Shown: piece after piece, positions 26,801-34,397 of the stretch
How positions within the stretch are numbered: position 1 is the first letter of the stretch
How the letters are laid out: each line of letters opens with the position of its first letter
DNA from: Candidatus Hydrogenedentes bacterium UBA2224
Lineage (GTDB): Bacteria; Hydrogenedentota; Hydrogenedentia; Hydrogenedentales; SLHB01
Length of the DNA: 61,702 nucleotides
Reading direction: 5' to 3'
NCBI GenBank assembly: GCA_002348185.1
Contig: DDYW01000104.1
Span: 1 to 61,702, forward strand
Notes under the pieces: generated by a model
Told to the model about the DNA's origin: nothing
Database searches by the model: none
The model's input: the letters and a program-made list of their open reading frames with translations, nothing else
Program-made: the position numbers and the translations under genes

Positions 26801-27526
26801 TACGATGTCGAGCTGGGCGCCCACCACCTCATTCCCTTCGGCATCCTCGACCCCACCGGGCCCCAGGCGGACTGGGTGATCAATCACATGGAAGATACTC
26901 AGTTCCTGCGTCCCGGCTGGTTCTACTATGAGGACAAGGACGCCAATGAGTCGAACTGGTTCAACCTGGGCGGTTTCGCCAAGGTGCAACCCTACTACGC
27001 CCGCACCGGCGAAGTTCACGCCTTGCGGGACGACGTCAAGCCGTTCATCCGCACCTATTTCAACAGCGTGATGTCTCTCCTCAACCGCGAAGATCTTTCC
27101 CTGTGGGAGCATTTTATGAACGGCGCGTACAACAAAACCCACGAAACGGGATACTTCGTGCACCAGTCGCGCCTGATGCTTGTGCAGGAGCGCGGCGAGG
27201 AACTCTGGCTCGCGCCGTTTGTCACCAACAACTGGTTACGCGACGGTATGCGCGTGGCCGTGCGCCACGCTCCGACCTTCTTTGGCCCCGTGTCGTTTGA
27301 GATCACATCGAATGCCGCGGATGGCCACATTACCGCGGTGATCGACCCGCCCGCGCGTTCCATCCCGCGAGCGGTCGTTATCCGAATGCGCCATCCCGAC
27401 GGGAAACCACTGCAATCGGCCGGTGTGAGCGGGGCCAGGGAGTACGTTATCGATGCCGCGCGCGAGTGTATCCGCATTGTGCCGGATCGGAAGCCGATTC
27501 GTGTTCAGGCGGTGTACGGGCCGTAA
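23867..27526 (+). CDS. Very large secreted NPCBM-module protein with unknown central region and C-terminal (alpha/alpha)-barrel-like domain; putative glycoside hydrolase
   Basis: 1219-aa ORF; an alternative GTG start lies at 23873. The signal peptide is ...IGVYTVLAALTPAHAQ. The NPCBM-like module is IGDQTYTHGLGSHAPSEIVF...GTIVFKIFVD...ENADDGITCDMANWVNPVL. The C-terminal ~450 aa is helix-rich (GYTVMGTGWHLWTLGEYYRL, YYFYLNGYYCAGL), as in six-hairpin glycosidases. Confidence 0.7.
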   Translation: MTVKNIPFLSIGVYTVLAALTPAHAQEAPAVPAAMKPLMDRMVHHTQGWGVLGVGTAAHAPGIQPEPLKIGDQTYTHGLGSHAPSEIVFLLDGQFLTFEVECGVHLQQYDAGTIVFKIFVDEQEVFDSGVMRQTNPARKASVSVKDASELRLVAENADDGITCDMANWVNPVLTPNPEASQQAKTLAVDVAPFACVAAWDPARVEGTQANRLEPIPEDDLFMRTELVPNADGLYAATVYGDGRACIGLEWLERRRITRLELEFAGAPAALEGAALEYWSMTQHGGSPGGSRWQGQWKPLAGAQNLEGALWTAEPDWSGLPEAWTGTLKVRWILPAAAAPFRVKALHAYPASRWLENDLLVVSQVAPGETGSLEMYNGELVGHDDRHGIAFSSGEPLRVTVRYSSGRRWELADRTVMRFTLPGGAFGVAVTDVLDKGAVYVEHANVLICDAARPQTIDEYRALIADKQTLLEQVRQRPDQTVAQAMRHVHRLDGDLGPTMLSLACDNRKFIVAREGAIQFDDRPEVYNYIEHMYNKPYACGMTPSFGSGAARSVSRRNERDWAPMPVLTVTEGALVYGQRTFVAPFGKSDAPAEAPWYLQYRPLGVVEFGVTNHDDEAAEAAFALQFTADAESSTLAGVRIENGVALVEKNDALLALVRFDDAEGLEVQAENGVLRVTGPVPGKQLRGFTAYLPRWEGALPADLDNSPAPDLLREQTLAYWDRVVDEASPVDVPDVLFDKLIPASQIHCLLAARNENLVRIAPWVSSWYYGPLESEGHSVVRGMMAAGYLDFARRALEYYIERYNEDGFLTTGYTVMGTGWHLWTLGEYYRLAHDPEWMRAQAPKVEKVCRWIMSERRKTMHTGARGARVPEYGLMPPGVGADWEVYAYYFYLNGYYCAGLRAAGEAMADAGWPGAQEIVDDARAYEEDIRRAYAWIQAQAPVFPLRDGTWVPEYPTHVYSPCPIENLYVGEDFGRSWCYDVELGAHHLIPFGILDPTGPQADWVINHMEDTQFLRPGWFYYEDKDANESNWFNLGGFAKVQPYYARTGEVHALRDDVKPFIRTYFNSVMSLLNREDLSLWEHFMNGAYNKTHETGYFVHQSRLMLVQERGEELWLAPFVTNNWLRDGMRVAVRHAPTFFGPVSFEITSNAADGHITAVIDPPARSIPRAVVIRMRHPDGKPLQSAGVSGAREYVIDAARECIRIVPDRKPIRVQAVYGP

Positions 27527-27652
27527 CCGGGGGAATGGACGGTTTCAAACACCAGGGGAGTGGGGAGCAATCCCCCGGGGACGCGATCGAAGAAAACGCT
27601 GTCTGGTTGCAGGGGAATGGGTGTCTGTTGACCGCATCTGGAGTACTATGCA

Positions 27653-29257
27653 ATGGATTTCACACTGAGTGCAATTGACATCACGATCATCCTGGTCTCG
27701 TTATTGCTCGTCGTGGGCGTGGGGCTCTGGGCCTCCCGGAAGCAGGGCCGTACCGCCCGAGATTACTTTCTCGCGTCCGGCCGCTTGCCCTGGTGGATCA
27801 TCGGCGCCGCGTTTGTCTCGACCAGCGTGTCGAGCGAACAGATCGTCGGCACCATCGGTCAGGCGTACCAGCACGGTATGGGCATCGCCAACTGGGAATG
27901 GTGGCTGCTTCCCGTCTACAGCGTGCTCATTATCATTTTCATTCCGGTCTACCTCCGCAACAAGATCTCGACGGTGCCGGAACTGCTCTCCAGACGCTTC
28001 AACTCCGCCTGCGGCGACATCTACAGCTACATCATGCTTTTCGCCTACATCTTCGTCTTTCTTGTGCCCGTGCTTTATGGCGGCAGCCTCACGTTTGCCA
28101 GTTTGACCGGGTGGAATTTCTACTACATTCTCTGGGGGATGATCGCGCTCGTCGCCGCGTATACTGTGAAGGGCGGTTTGATGTCGGTCGTGTGGACCGA
28201 CGCCCTCCAGTGTCTTATGCTCATCGGAGGCGGACTGCTGCTCTTTTTAGTGTCTCTCCATCAGGTTCCCGGTGGCTGGGACGCCATGGTCGCGGCCAAT
28301 CCCGAGCGCTTTCACCTCTACTGCGCTCCCGACCACGAAGTCGCGCCCTTTCTCGGTGTGCTGGCGGGAACTATCGGCCTGTTCGTGTTCTATTCCGCCG
28401 CCAACCAGGTGATGGTGCAGCGTGTGCTCGGTGCGCGTTCGCGGTGGGACGGTATCATGGGCATCATTTTTGCCGGGTTCATTAATTTTGTGCGCCCCCT
28501 GGTCACCTGTTTTCTCGGATTCATCGTGTACCACTGGATCCATGAGATGCATCAGGCCGAGCCGCTCGAAACCGTCGACCAGGCCTTTGCCTTTTCGCTG
28601 CGGTACCTTGCGCCCGAATGGGGGCTGCGGGGGGTCGTCCTCGCCGGGTTCATTGCCGCCGTCATGTCCACCGTGAGCGCCCTGGCCAACTCGACCGCCA
28701 CAATCTTCTCCCTCGACGTCTACAAGAAGCTCATTCGGCCCGATGCCAGCGAGCGCGCCGTCGTCTCGGTCGGCCGCGCGGCTTCCTTATCTTCCCTCCT
28801 GATCGCCGGTATCGTGGCGCCCCAGGTTGAACGCTTCGGCGGCATCTTCATGTACTTTCAGCAGGGCATCACGTTCATCGCCACGCCCATCATCACCGTC
28901 ATCCTCGCGGGCATCTTTTCACGCCGCGTCAATGCCAGCGGCGCGCTGGCCGGCCTGATTGCCGGCATCATCACCACCGTGGTGCTGCTCGCCCTGCTCA
29001 TTGCCGGCGTCGAGATGCCGATGCACTGGCTCTACGTAGGGTTTTTCCAACAACTGTTCGTGCTGGCGGTGATTGTGGTTGCCTCCCTCATGACCCCCGC
29101 CCCGGCCACGGAAGTCGCGGAACCGTTCTTGTGGCGGCCCGCCCTGCTGACCGAACATGTACGGCTCGAAGCGCCCCGGCCCTGGTACGCGCGGGCCCTG
29201 CTCTGGTACGCTCTTTTTGCGGCGATTTGGTTCTATCTGTACTGGAAGTTCTGGTAA
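27653..29257 (+). CDS. Sodium:solute symporter family (SSS/SGLT-like) transporter
   Basis: 534-aa ORF with GGAG 9 nt upstream. DYFLASGRLPWWIIGAAFVSTSVSSEQIVGTIGQAY is a typical SSS N-terminal signature, and there are about 13-14 hydrophobic helices. Confidence 0.9.
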   Translation: MDFTLSAIDITIILVSLLLVVGVGLWASRKQGRTARDYFLASGRLPWWIIGAAFVSTSVSSEQIVGTIGQAYQHGMGIANWEWWLLPVYSVLIIIFIPVYLRNKISTVPELLSRRFNSACGDIYSYIMLFAYIFVFLVPVLYGGSLTFASLTGWNFYYILWGMIALVAAYTVKGGLMSVVWTDALQCLMLIGGGLLLFLVSLHQVPGGWDAMVAANPERFHLYCAPDHEVAPFLGVLAGTIGLFVFYSAANQVMVQRVLGARSRWDGIMGIIFAGFINFVRPLVTCFLGFIVYHWIHEMHQAEPLETVDQAFAFSLRYLAPEWGLRGVVLAGFIAAVMSTVSALANSTATIFSLDVYKKLIRPDASERAVVSVGRAASLSSLLIAGIVAPQVERFGGIFMYFQQGITFIATPIITVILAGIFSRRVNASGALAGLIAGIITTVVLLALLIAGVEMPMHWLYVGFFQQLFVLAVIVVASLMTPAPATEVAEPFLWRPALLTEHVRLEAPRPWYARALLWYALFAAIWFYLYWKFW

Positions 29258-29308
29258 CCCCGGCACGCGTTCATCCGCAGGTGCCGTAACCTCGAGGAGA
29301 AATGAGCA

Positions 29309-30022
29309 ATGCGCGTTATGGCTTTCGGGGCCCACCCCGACGATATCGAGATCTTCTGCTCGGGCACTCTGGCGAAATACGCCGCGCAGGGGCACACGAT
29401 CGGCATGGCCGTCATGACCCGGGGCGACGTCGGTTCGCCCACCTTGTCCCGTGAAGAAATCGGCGCCATACGGGAACGCGAAGCCCGCGCTTCTGCCGCC
29501 ATCATCAACGCCGAATTCTTCTGGCTCGGCTATGACGATGAGTTCCTCTACGACTCGCCCGATGTGCGGCGGCATGTCGTTGACGTAATCCGCCAGTTCC
29601 GGCCCGACGTCATCTTCTGTCCCGACAAGGACCATGACTACCACCCCGACCACATCCGCACCGGTCAGATGGTCTGGGACACCCACGTCATGGCCACCGT
29701 GCCCAACATCCCCACCGGCACGCCTCCGGCCGGGCAGATCCACGAAATCTGGTTTTACGACACCATGGCCGGCATCGATTTCCAGCCCGAGTTCTACGTC
29801 GACATCTCCGAACACTGGGAGACCAAGGCGCGCATGATCGACTGTCATGTCAGCCAGGCCGAATGGCTTATCAGCCAGTACGGCAAAACCCCAACGCACT
29901 ACGCGGGGATCCAGACCCGATTCCGCGGTTACCAGGCCGGATGCGAATTCGCCGAGGCGTTTCGTGCTTCGCGCTCGTTCCCGTCCATCGCCCCCCGCGA
30001 TATCGTGCCGGCGAATCGGTGA
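29309..30022 (+). CDS. PIG-L/LmbE-family N-acetyl-sugar deacetylase (cytoplasmic)
   Basis: MRVMAFGAHPDDIEIF (AHPDD motif), YHPDHIRTG (HPDH motif), about 237 aa, no signal peptide. GAGGAGAA SD upstream. Confidence 0.88.
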   Translation: MRVMAFGAHPDDIEIFCSGTLAKYAAQGHTIGMAVMTRGDVGSPTLSREEIGAIREREARASAAIINAEFFWLGYDDEFLYDSPDVRRHVVDVIRQFRPDVIFCPDKDHDYHPDHIRTGQMVWDTHVMATVPNIPTGTPPAGQIHEIWFYDTMAGIDFQPEFYVDISEHWETKARMIDCHVSQAEWLISQYGKTPTHYAGIQTRFRGYQAGCEFAEAFRASRSFPSIAPRDIVPANR

Positions 30023-30096
30023 GTTCAGGCCCGCCCGGGCCATGCGCCGGGCGGCCCGTCTCCGGGTCCCAGAACGATTGGAGAGGCAGGATAGAC

Positions 30097-32694
30097 ATGA
30101 ACTTGCGAGAGGGGAGCCGGGGGAACCGCCGCCTGCGCGTCCGGGTCGCCTTGGCGGCCATGCTGGCCATCGCCTCGTCGATGGCGTGGGCGGATACGGC
30201 GCCGGTCCATCAACTTCCGCTTGAAGACGCGCTGCAACTTGACGATCTGCGGGTGGCGTGCGGGAAGACGGTGCGTATTCCAATTCCTGCGTTGCCGCCC
30301 CGCCCGGGCAAGGTTCTGCTGCTCCGTCTGACGGCATTCAGCGAGGGACCGGACCGCGGCGGATGCAACTACAACCTCGGGCTCAAGATCAACGAGGCCG
30401 CGCCGGGCCGCACCGTCGCGGGAGGGCAGCCCCGGCTTCTTGGACGCGAAAGCGTGATGGAACTGTCCGGGGACAGCCACGGCCATACCGTTTTTCCCAT
30501 CTTCAGCGGGCAGGGTTTGCTGGTGCCCTATGCGCCCGACGTAGCGCTCGCCAACCGCGCTGCCCGCGACGGGCTCGGGGCCGTCTTCGTGTTGGACATC
30601 TCCGACCTGGCGCGCGGCGTCGACGGCAACACGCTGGAACTGACGAATCTGCTGAATGAAGGAGTGCTTCAGCAGGGCATGGGCGAACTGCTCGTTGGTA
30701 GCCTCGAGATAGGCTGGCTGGACAACGCGCTTGTGCCCACGCCGCCTTCCAGCGTGCCGGAACGTGGCCCCATAGAGGCGCATGCCGCTGAGAACGGTCT
30801 CACGCTGTGCCAGGGTTCTTCCGGCGGGTTCGCCGTCCGCATGAGTGACCTCGAACTGCGGGTGGAGACGGCTCTGGGGATGGCGGTGCAGCAGCCGGAC
30901 GTCAGTTTGCGCGCCGAAGATGGCGTGACCGAGATGCCCGAGATCGCAACCGCGCACGAGGAGCACCACGGGTTTCGCCTCTCCGCGCGTTGGCCCGGGG
31001 TGACCCTGGAGCGAACCATAATCCTGCGAGACGGGCGCGTCGAATGGTCCGAACGCTGGACCAATACCGGCACCGGGAGGATCGGGCTGCCGTTTCGCCA
31101 CCGCTTCCATTTGCGTGATGCAGCGGGGCGCTTTTTTCTTTCAGGCGACGCGGACGCAAGCGTATTCGACAGCGCCGCGTACAATCCGACCATCTTTGTC
31201 GCTTCTCCGGCGGGGGACGGCGCGGGGTTCGGGATCACGGCGGAAAGCGATTGGCTGAGACGGCTGATGTCGCTGCGCGAACGGGGCGGCGTTGCGGAAC
31301 TCTATTCCGAATGCCTGGCCCTTGATGCCGGGGCCAGCATCGAGTTCAGCCTTACCATCACGCCCGTGCGCCAGGGCGCCTACTGGACATTCATCAACGA
31401 CGTGCGACGGCGATGGGGGGTAAACGGCTACTGCGTTGCCCAGCCGTTCTTCTTCGGCTACAAACGCCCCGAGGATGCCGCCGGCGAGGAAGACGCGGTT
31501 CGCCGCGCGCTTGCCCATCTCGGACCGGCCTGCGTCGGTCTGTCTCCGTGGCTCCGTCTCCAACAGGACAGCATCGCTGTCGGCTCGGGAGATTGGCCCC
31601 GAAAAACCGCGAACGCGGAACCGGCGCCGGGGAACGTCCCCGAACTCGACGTGGCGAAGTTCCTGACGTTCGAGCACCGCGAGCGCTCGTGGGAAGTTCT
31701 TCAACACGAAGTGGAACTGATTCACCGGATGTGTCCGCAGGTCAAGGTTGTCCCGTATTGCCATCCTGCCATGGAAGTCGTCTACCGTCCCGCGCTGGAC
31801 CAGTGGCCCTGGCTGGATTGCGCCATCCGGCTGCCCGACGGCCGGGTGTTTGAAGATGGCACCTACAGCCGCGCGTGGCTGGGAGAGTACGCGAAAAAGG
31901 ACTGGGCAGTTCTGTATTTCGTCCCGCGGGAAGGAACGGCCTATTTCGATTACGTGTTGAATGCGGCCGCACGAGCTATGGATGGCTGCGGCGCCGATGG
32001 CATCTACTGCGATGAGTTCTCCTGGGGGTTCCGGCGGCTCGGGTATTCCCGCTACGACTACAGCCGATGGGACGGGTTCTCCACCGACCTGGACGAGCGA
32101 GGGCAGATCGTCCGCCTCAAGTCAGATAACGCGTGGACCAGCCTGCCGTTTCAGAAGCGCCTGATCGACCTTGCCGCCACGCGAGGCAAGCTCTTCCTGG
32201 CCAATGAGGCCGATGCCCACCGCGATTGCGCCAACGCGACGTTCTTCCGATTCACGGAAGCCGGAAACGGCATGGGCGCCTGGCCCGGCGCCCACCTGAC
32301 GTCCGTGCCCCTGATCCTGGGCAACTATGGCGACTTCACCACACGCGAGGGTGTCTTCGCCACGGTGCGTGAGGCCCTGTCTCGCGGGCTGGTCTATTCG
32401 CCCACGCACGGCGTCAACCTCCTGCTGGACGGTCCCGACAATTTCGTGAGCAAACTATACCCGATCACCATTCGCGAATTGGGGCCGGGATGGATCCTGG
32501 GGGAGCAACGCATAATGACGGTTGAATCAGGCAGCTACCGTTGGCCGGACTCCGCCGCAACGGTCCGGTTCTACACCTACACGGCCGACGGCAACCTGTC
32601 GTCCGTGTCCGAACCACTGCACACCGCTGCCGGAGAGCCGCTTCGTGTAGACGTGCCCCGCAAGGGGCTGGTCATCGCGGAACGGGTTCCGTGA
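30097..32694 (+). CDS. Secreted hypothetical protein (865 aa); the C-terminal half may be a glycoside-hydrolase-like TIM barrel
   Basis: Track ORF 29863..32694 trimmed to the ATG at 30097 (GGAGAGG upstream), giving signal peptide ...VALAAMLAIASSMAWA. GADGIYCDEFSWGF and LFLANEADAH are reminiscent of GHL/GH114-type barrels. This is a weak guess. Confidence 0.65.
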   Translation: MNLREGSRGNRRLRVRVALAAMLAIASSMAWADTAPVHQLPLEDALQLDDLRVACGKTVRIPIPALPPRPGKVLLLRLTAFSEGPDRGGCNYNLGLKINEAAPGRTVAGGQPRLLGRESVMELSGDSHGHTVFPIFSGQGLLVPYAPDVALANRAARDGLGAVFVLDISDLARGVDGNTLELTNLLNEGVLQQGMGELLVGSLEIGWLDNALVPTPPSSVPERGPIEAHAAENGLTLCQGSSGGFAVRMSDLELRVETALGMAVQQPDVSLRAEDGVTEMPEIATAHEEHHGFRLSARWPGVTLERTIILRDGRVEWSERWTNTGTGRIGLPFRHRFHLRDAAGRFFLSGDADASVFDSAAYNPTIFVASPAGDGAGFGITAESDWLRRLMSLRERGGVAELYSECLALDAGASIEFSLTITPVRQGAYWTFINDVRRRWGVNGYCVAQPFFFGYKRPEDAAGEEDAVRRALAHLGPACVGLSPWLRLQQDSIAVGSGDWPRKTANAEPAPGNVPELDVAKFLTFEHRERSWEVLQHEVELIHRMCPQVKVVPYCHPAMEVVYRPALDQWPWLDCAIRLPDGRVFEDGTYSRAWLGEYAKKDWAVLYFVPREGTAYFDYVLNAAARAMDGCGADGIYCDEFSWGFRRLGYSRYDYSRWDGFSTDLDERGQIVRLKSDNAWTSLPFQKRLIDLAATRGKLFLANEADAHRDCANATFFRFTEAGNGMGAWPGAHLTSVPLILGNYGDFTTREGVFATVREALSRGLVYSPTHGVNLLLDGPDNFVSKLYPITIRELGPGWILGEQRIMTVESGSYRWPDSAATVRFYTYTADGNLSSVSEPLHTAAGEPLRVDVPRKGLVIAERVP

Positions 32695-32718
32695 CCCGGC
32701 CCTTCCCGAGCCGGACGG

Positions 32719-34152
32719 TTATTTCGCCGCAAGCTGGCAGAGAAGCCGGGCCGACGCGTTGGCAATCTGTTCGCCGCAACCCGCGGAGAGATAGCTGCAG
32801 CGAGACGTGCGAACCTCATAGCCCCCGCCGAGGTACGATTCCGAGGTGCCCACATACCCGCAGCAACCGTTGGCAAGTTCGACGACCATCGTGGGTTTCC
32901 AGGGCGACCCGCGTTTGACGGCGAGCCCGAGTTCACAGAAAAACTCCGCGGGATTGCTCGCAATGCCCGCGTCGCCAATCCGCATGGCCTGCACTTCAAC
33001 GGGGACCGTCGGCGATTGCGTCTTCATCGCGCGCACGAACGCTGCTTCCATCAGATAGATTTCATCTCCGGTGCCCAGGCCGATACCCGGCGCTTCCCGC
33101 CGCACGAGTTCCTCGTCTGAACTGCCAATATCGCGGATGGGCAGGTCCAGCGTCTCCGACGTCACGCCCAGCGGCGCATCCGGCACGAACTCCATCTTCG
33201 CGAGCACGTTCAACGCGACCGCGCCCACACTCATGCCTGTCCGGCGCGCCCAGGCCTCCCCGAACTCCCCTGGACGCGGGCTGAGGTTGTCGACCTGCGT
33301 AACGTCGCCACAGGCCCCGTTCAGGAACACCACGCCGATGTCGCTGCCCAGTCCGCCCCGGACCGTCTCCCGCAGATAGAACGGCCAGTCAGCCGAGAGC
33401 AGACTTCCGCCCATCGTGGTGCCATGCAGTGCGAAGTTCACGATGCATCCGAGGAGCCGGCCTTCGGCATCTTCCGCGGCGAGTACCGCTACGTCGGGGT
33501 CGATCGGTCCGGCCGGCGCGACGATGTCGGGATTCATCTTCCCCGGATGGGTCCGGATCATGCCGTCCTTCATGCGGAAGCGGCGATTGAACCCCGCGTC
33601 GGGTTCCTGGCCCAGGCCATACCCGATGCGGGCCTCAACGGCCGCCTCGCTGGCCTTCACCACCGCGTCAGCGATCCGTTCGGCCGCGAAGAGGCAGTAG
33701 GCATCGTCCTTTTCCACGTAATAACAACTGTTTACCGGGCCGCCGTTGTGGGTATGGCTGGCGCCGATCATGATGTTGGCCGCGGGGATGCCGCAACGGG
33801 CCTCCGCCTGTTTGCGCGCCTCCCGGACCATCTCCTCCGTCACGGTAATGAGGTCCACGCCTACCAGGGCCAATGTGGTCGCGCCATTGCTGAAATACGC
33901 CGCCTCGGCCCACAAGGGGTCGTGTACGCCGGTCGAGAAATTCTTGTTGAAGCCCCCCGGGATCTCCATCCCGATGGCGGGGGTCAGGTCCGTCCTGGCA
34001 AAACCCGCCCGCACGGACGCCGGGTTTGCCGGGGGCGTTTCGGCCGTCTCTTGCGCGCGTGCGGCAAGCGCAGCGCCCGGAAATAGCGGCACAAGACCGC
34101 ACAACACAAGAAACACACATCCAAACGTCCACAGCCGGCTCCACGACGTCAT
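32719..34152 (-). CDS. Secreted neutral/alkaline ceramidase-like hydrolase (second paralogue)
   Basis: AAGGAGAAG lies upstream of the ATG at 34152. The signal peptide is ...FLVLCGLVPLFPGAALA. RAGFARTDLTPAIGMEIPGG and IGASHTHNGGP parallel the motifs of the gene at 2372..3820. Confidence 0.75.
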   Translation of the reverse strand: MTSWSRLWTFGCVFLVLCGLVPLFPGAALAARAQETAETPPANPASVRAGFARTDLTPAIGMEIPGGFNKNFSTGVHDPLWAEAAYFSNGATTLALVGVDLITVTEEMVREARKQAEARCGIPAANIMIGASHTHNGGPVNSCYYVEKDDAYCLFAAERIADAVVKASEAAVEARIGYGLGQEPDAGFNRRFRMKDGMIRTHPGKMNPDIVAPAGPIDPDVAVLAAEDAEGRLLGCIVNFALHGTTMGGSLLSADWPFYLRETVRGGLGSDIGVVFLNGACGDVTQVDNLSPRPGEFGEAWARRTGMSVGAVALNVLAKMEFVPDAPLGVTSETLDLPIRDIGSSDEELVRREAPGIGLGTGDEIYLMEAAFVRAMKTQSPTVPVEVQAMRIGDAGIASNPAEFFCELGLAVKRGSPWKPTMVVELANGCCGYVGTSESYLGGGYEVRTSRCSYLSAGCGEQIANASARLLCQLAAK

Positions 34153-34397
34153 CGCTCTTCTCCTTCTTTTCCGGAAATGCCCGGCTTCAATCTACGCCTC
34201 ATCCCTGCGTGGTATCAACCGGGGCGTGTCGCCTGAGGTGCGCTCGATCGTGAGTTGCGGTACACTCAGTTGCGCGTTGACGGCGAATACAGGGTTTTCC
34301 GGCGCCGGGACGGCATTGGTGCGACGCACCCGGGATTGCCGGGCCCGCGTGCCTGCCTTCGACGGGCAGCCCAGGCAAATGGGAGGGAGGACCAACG

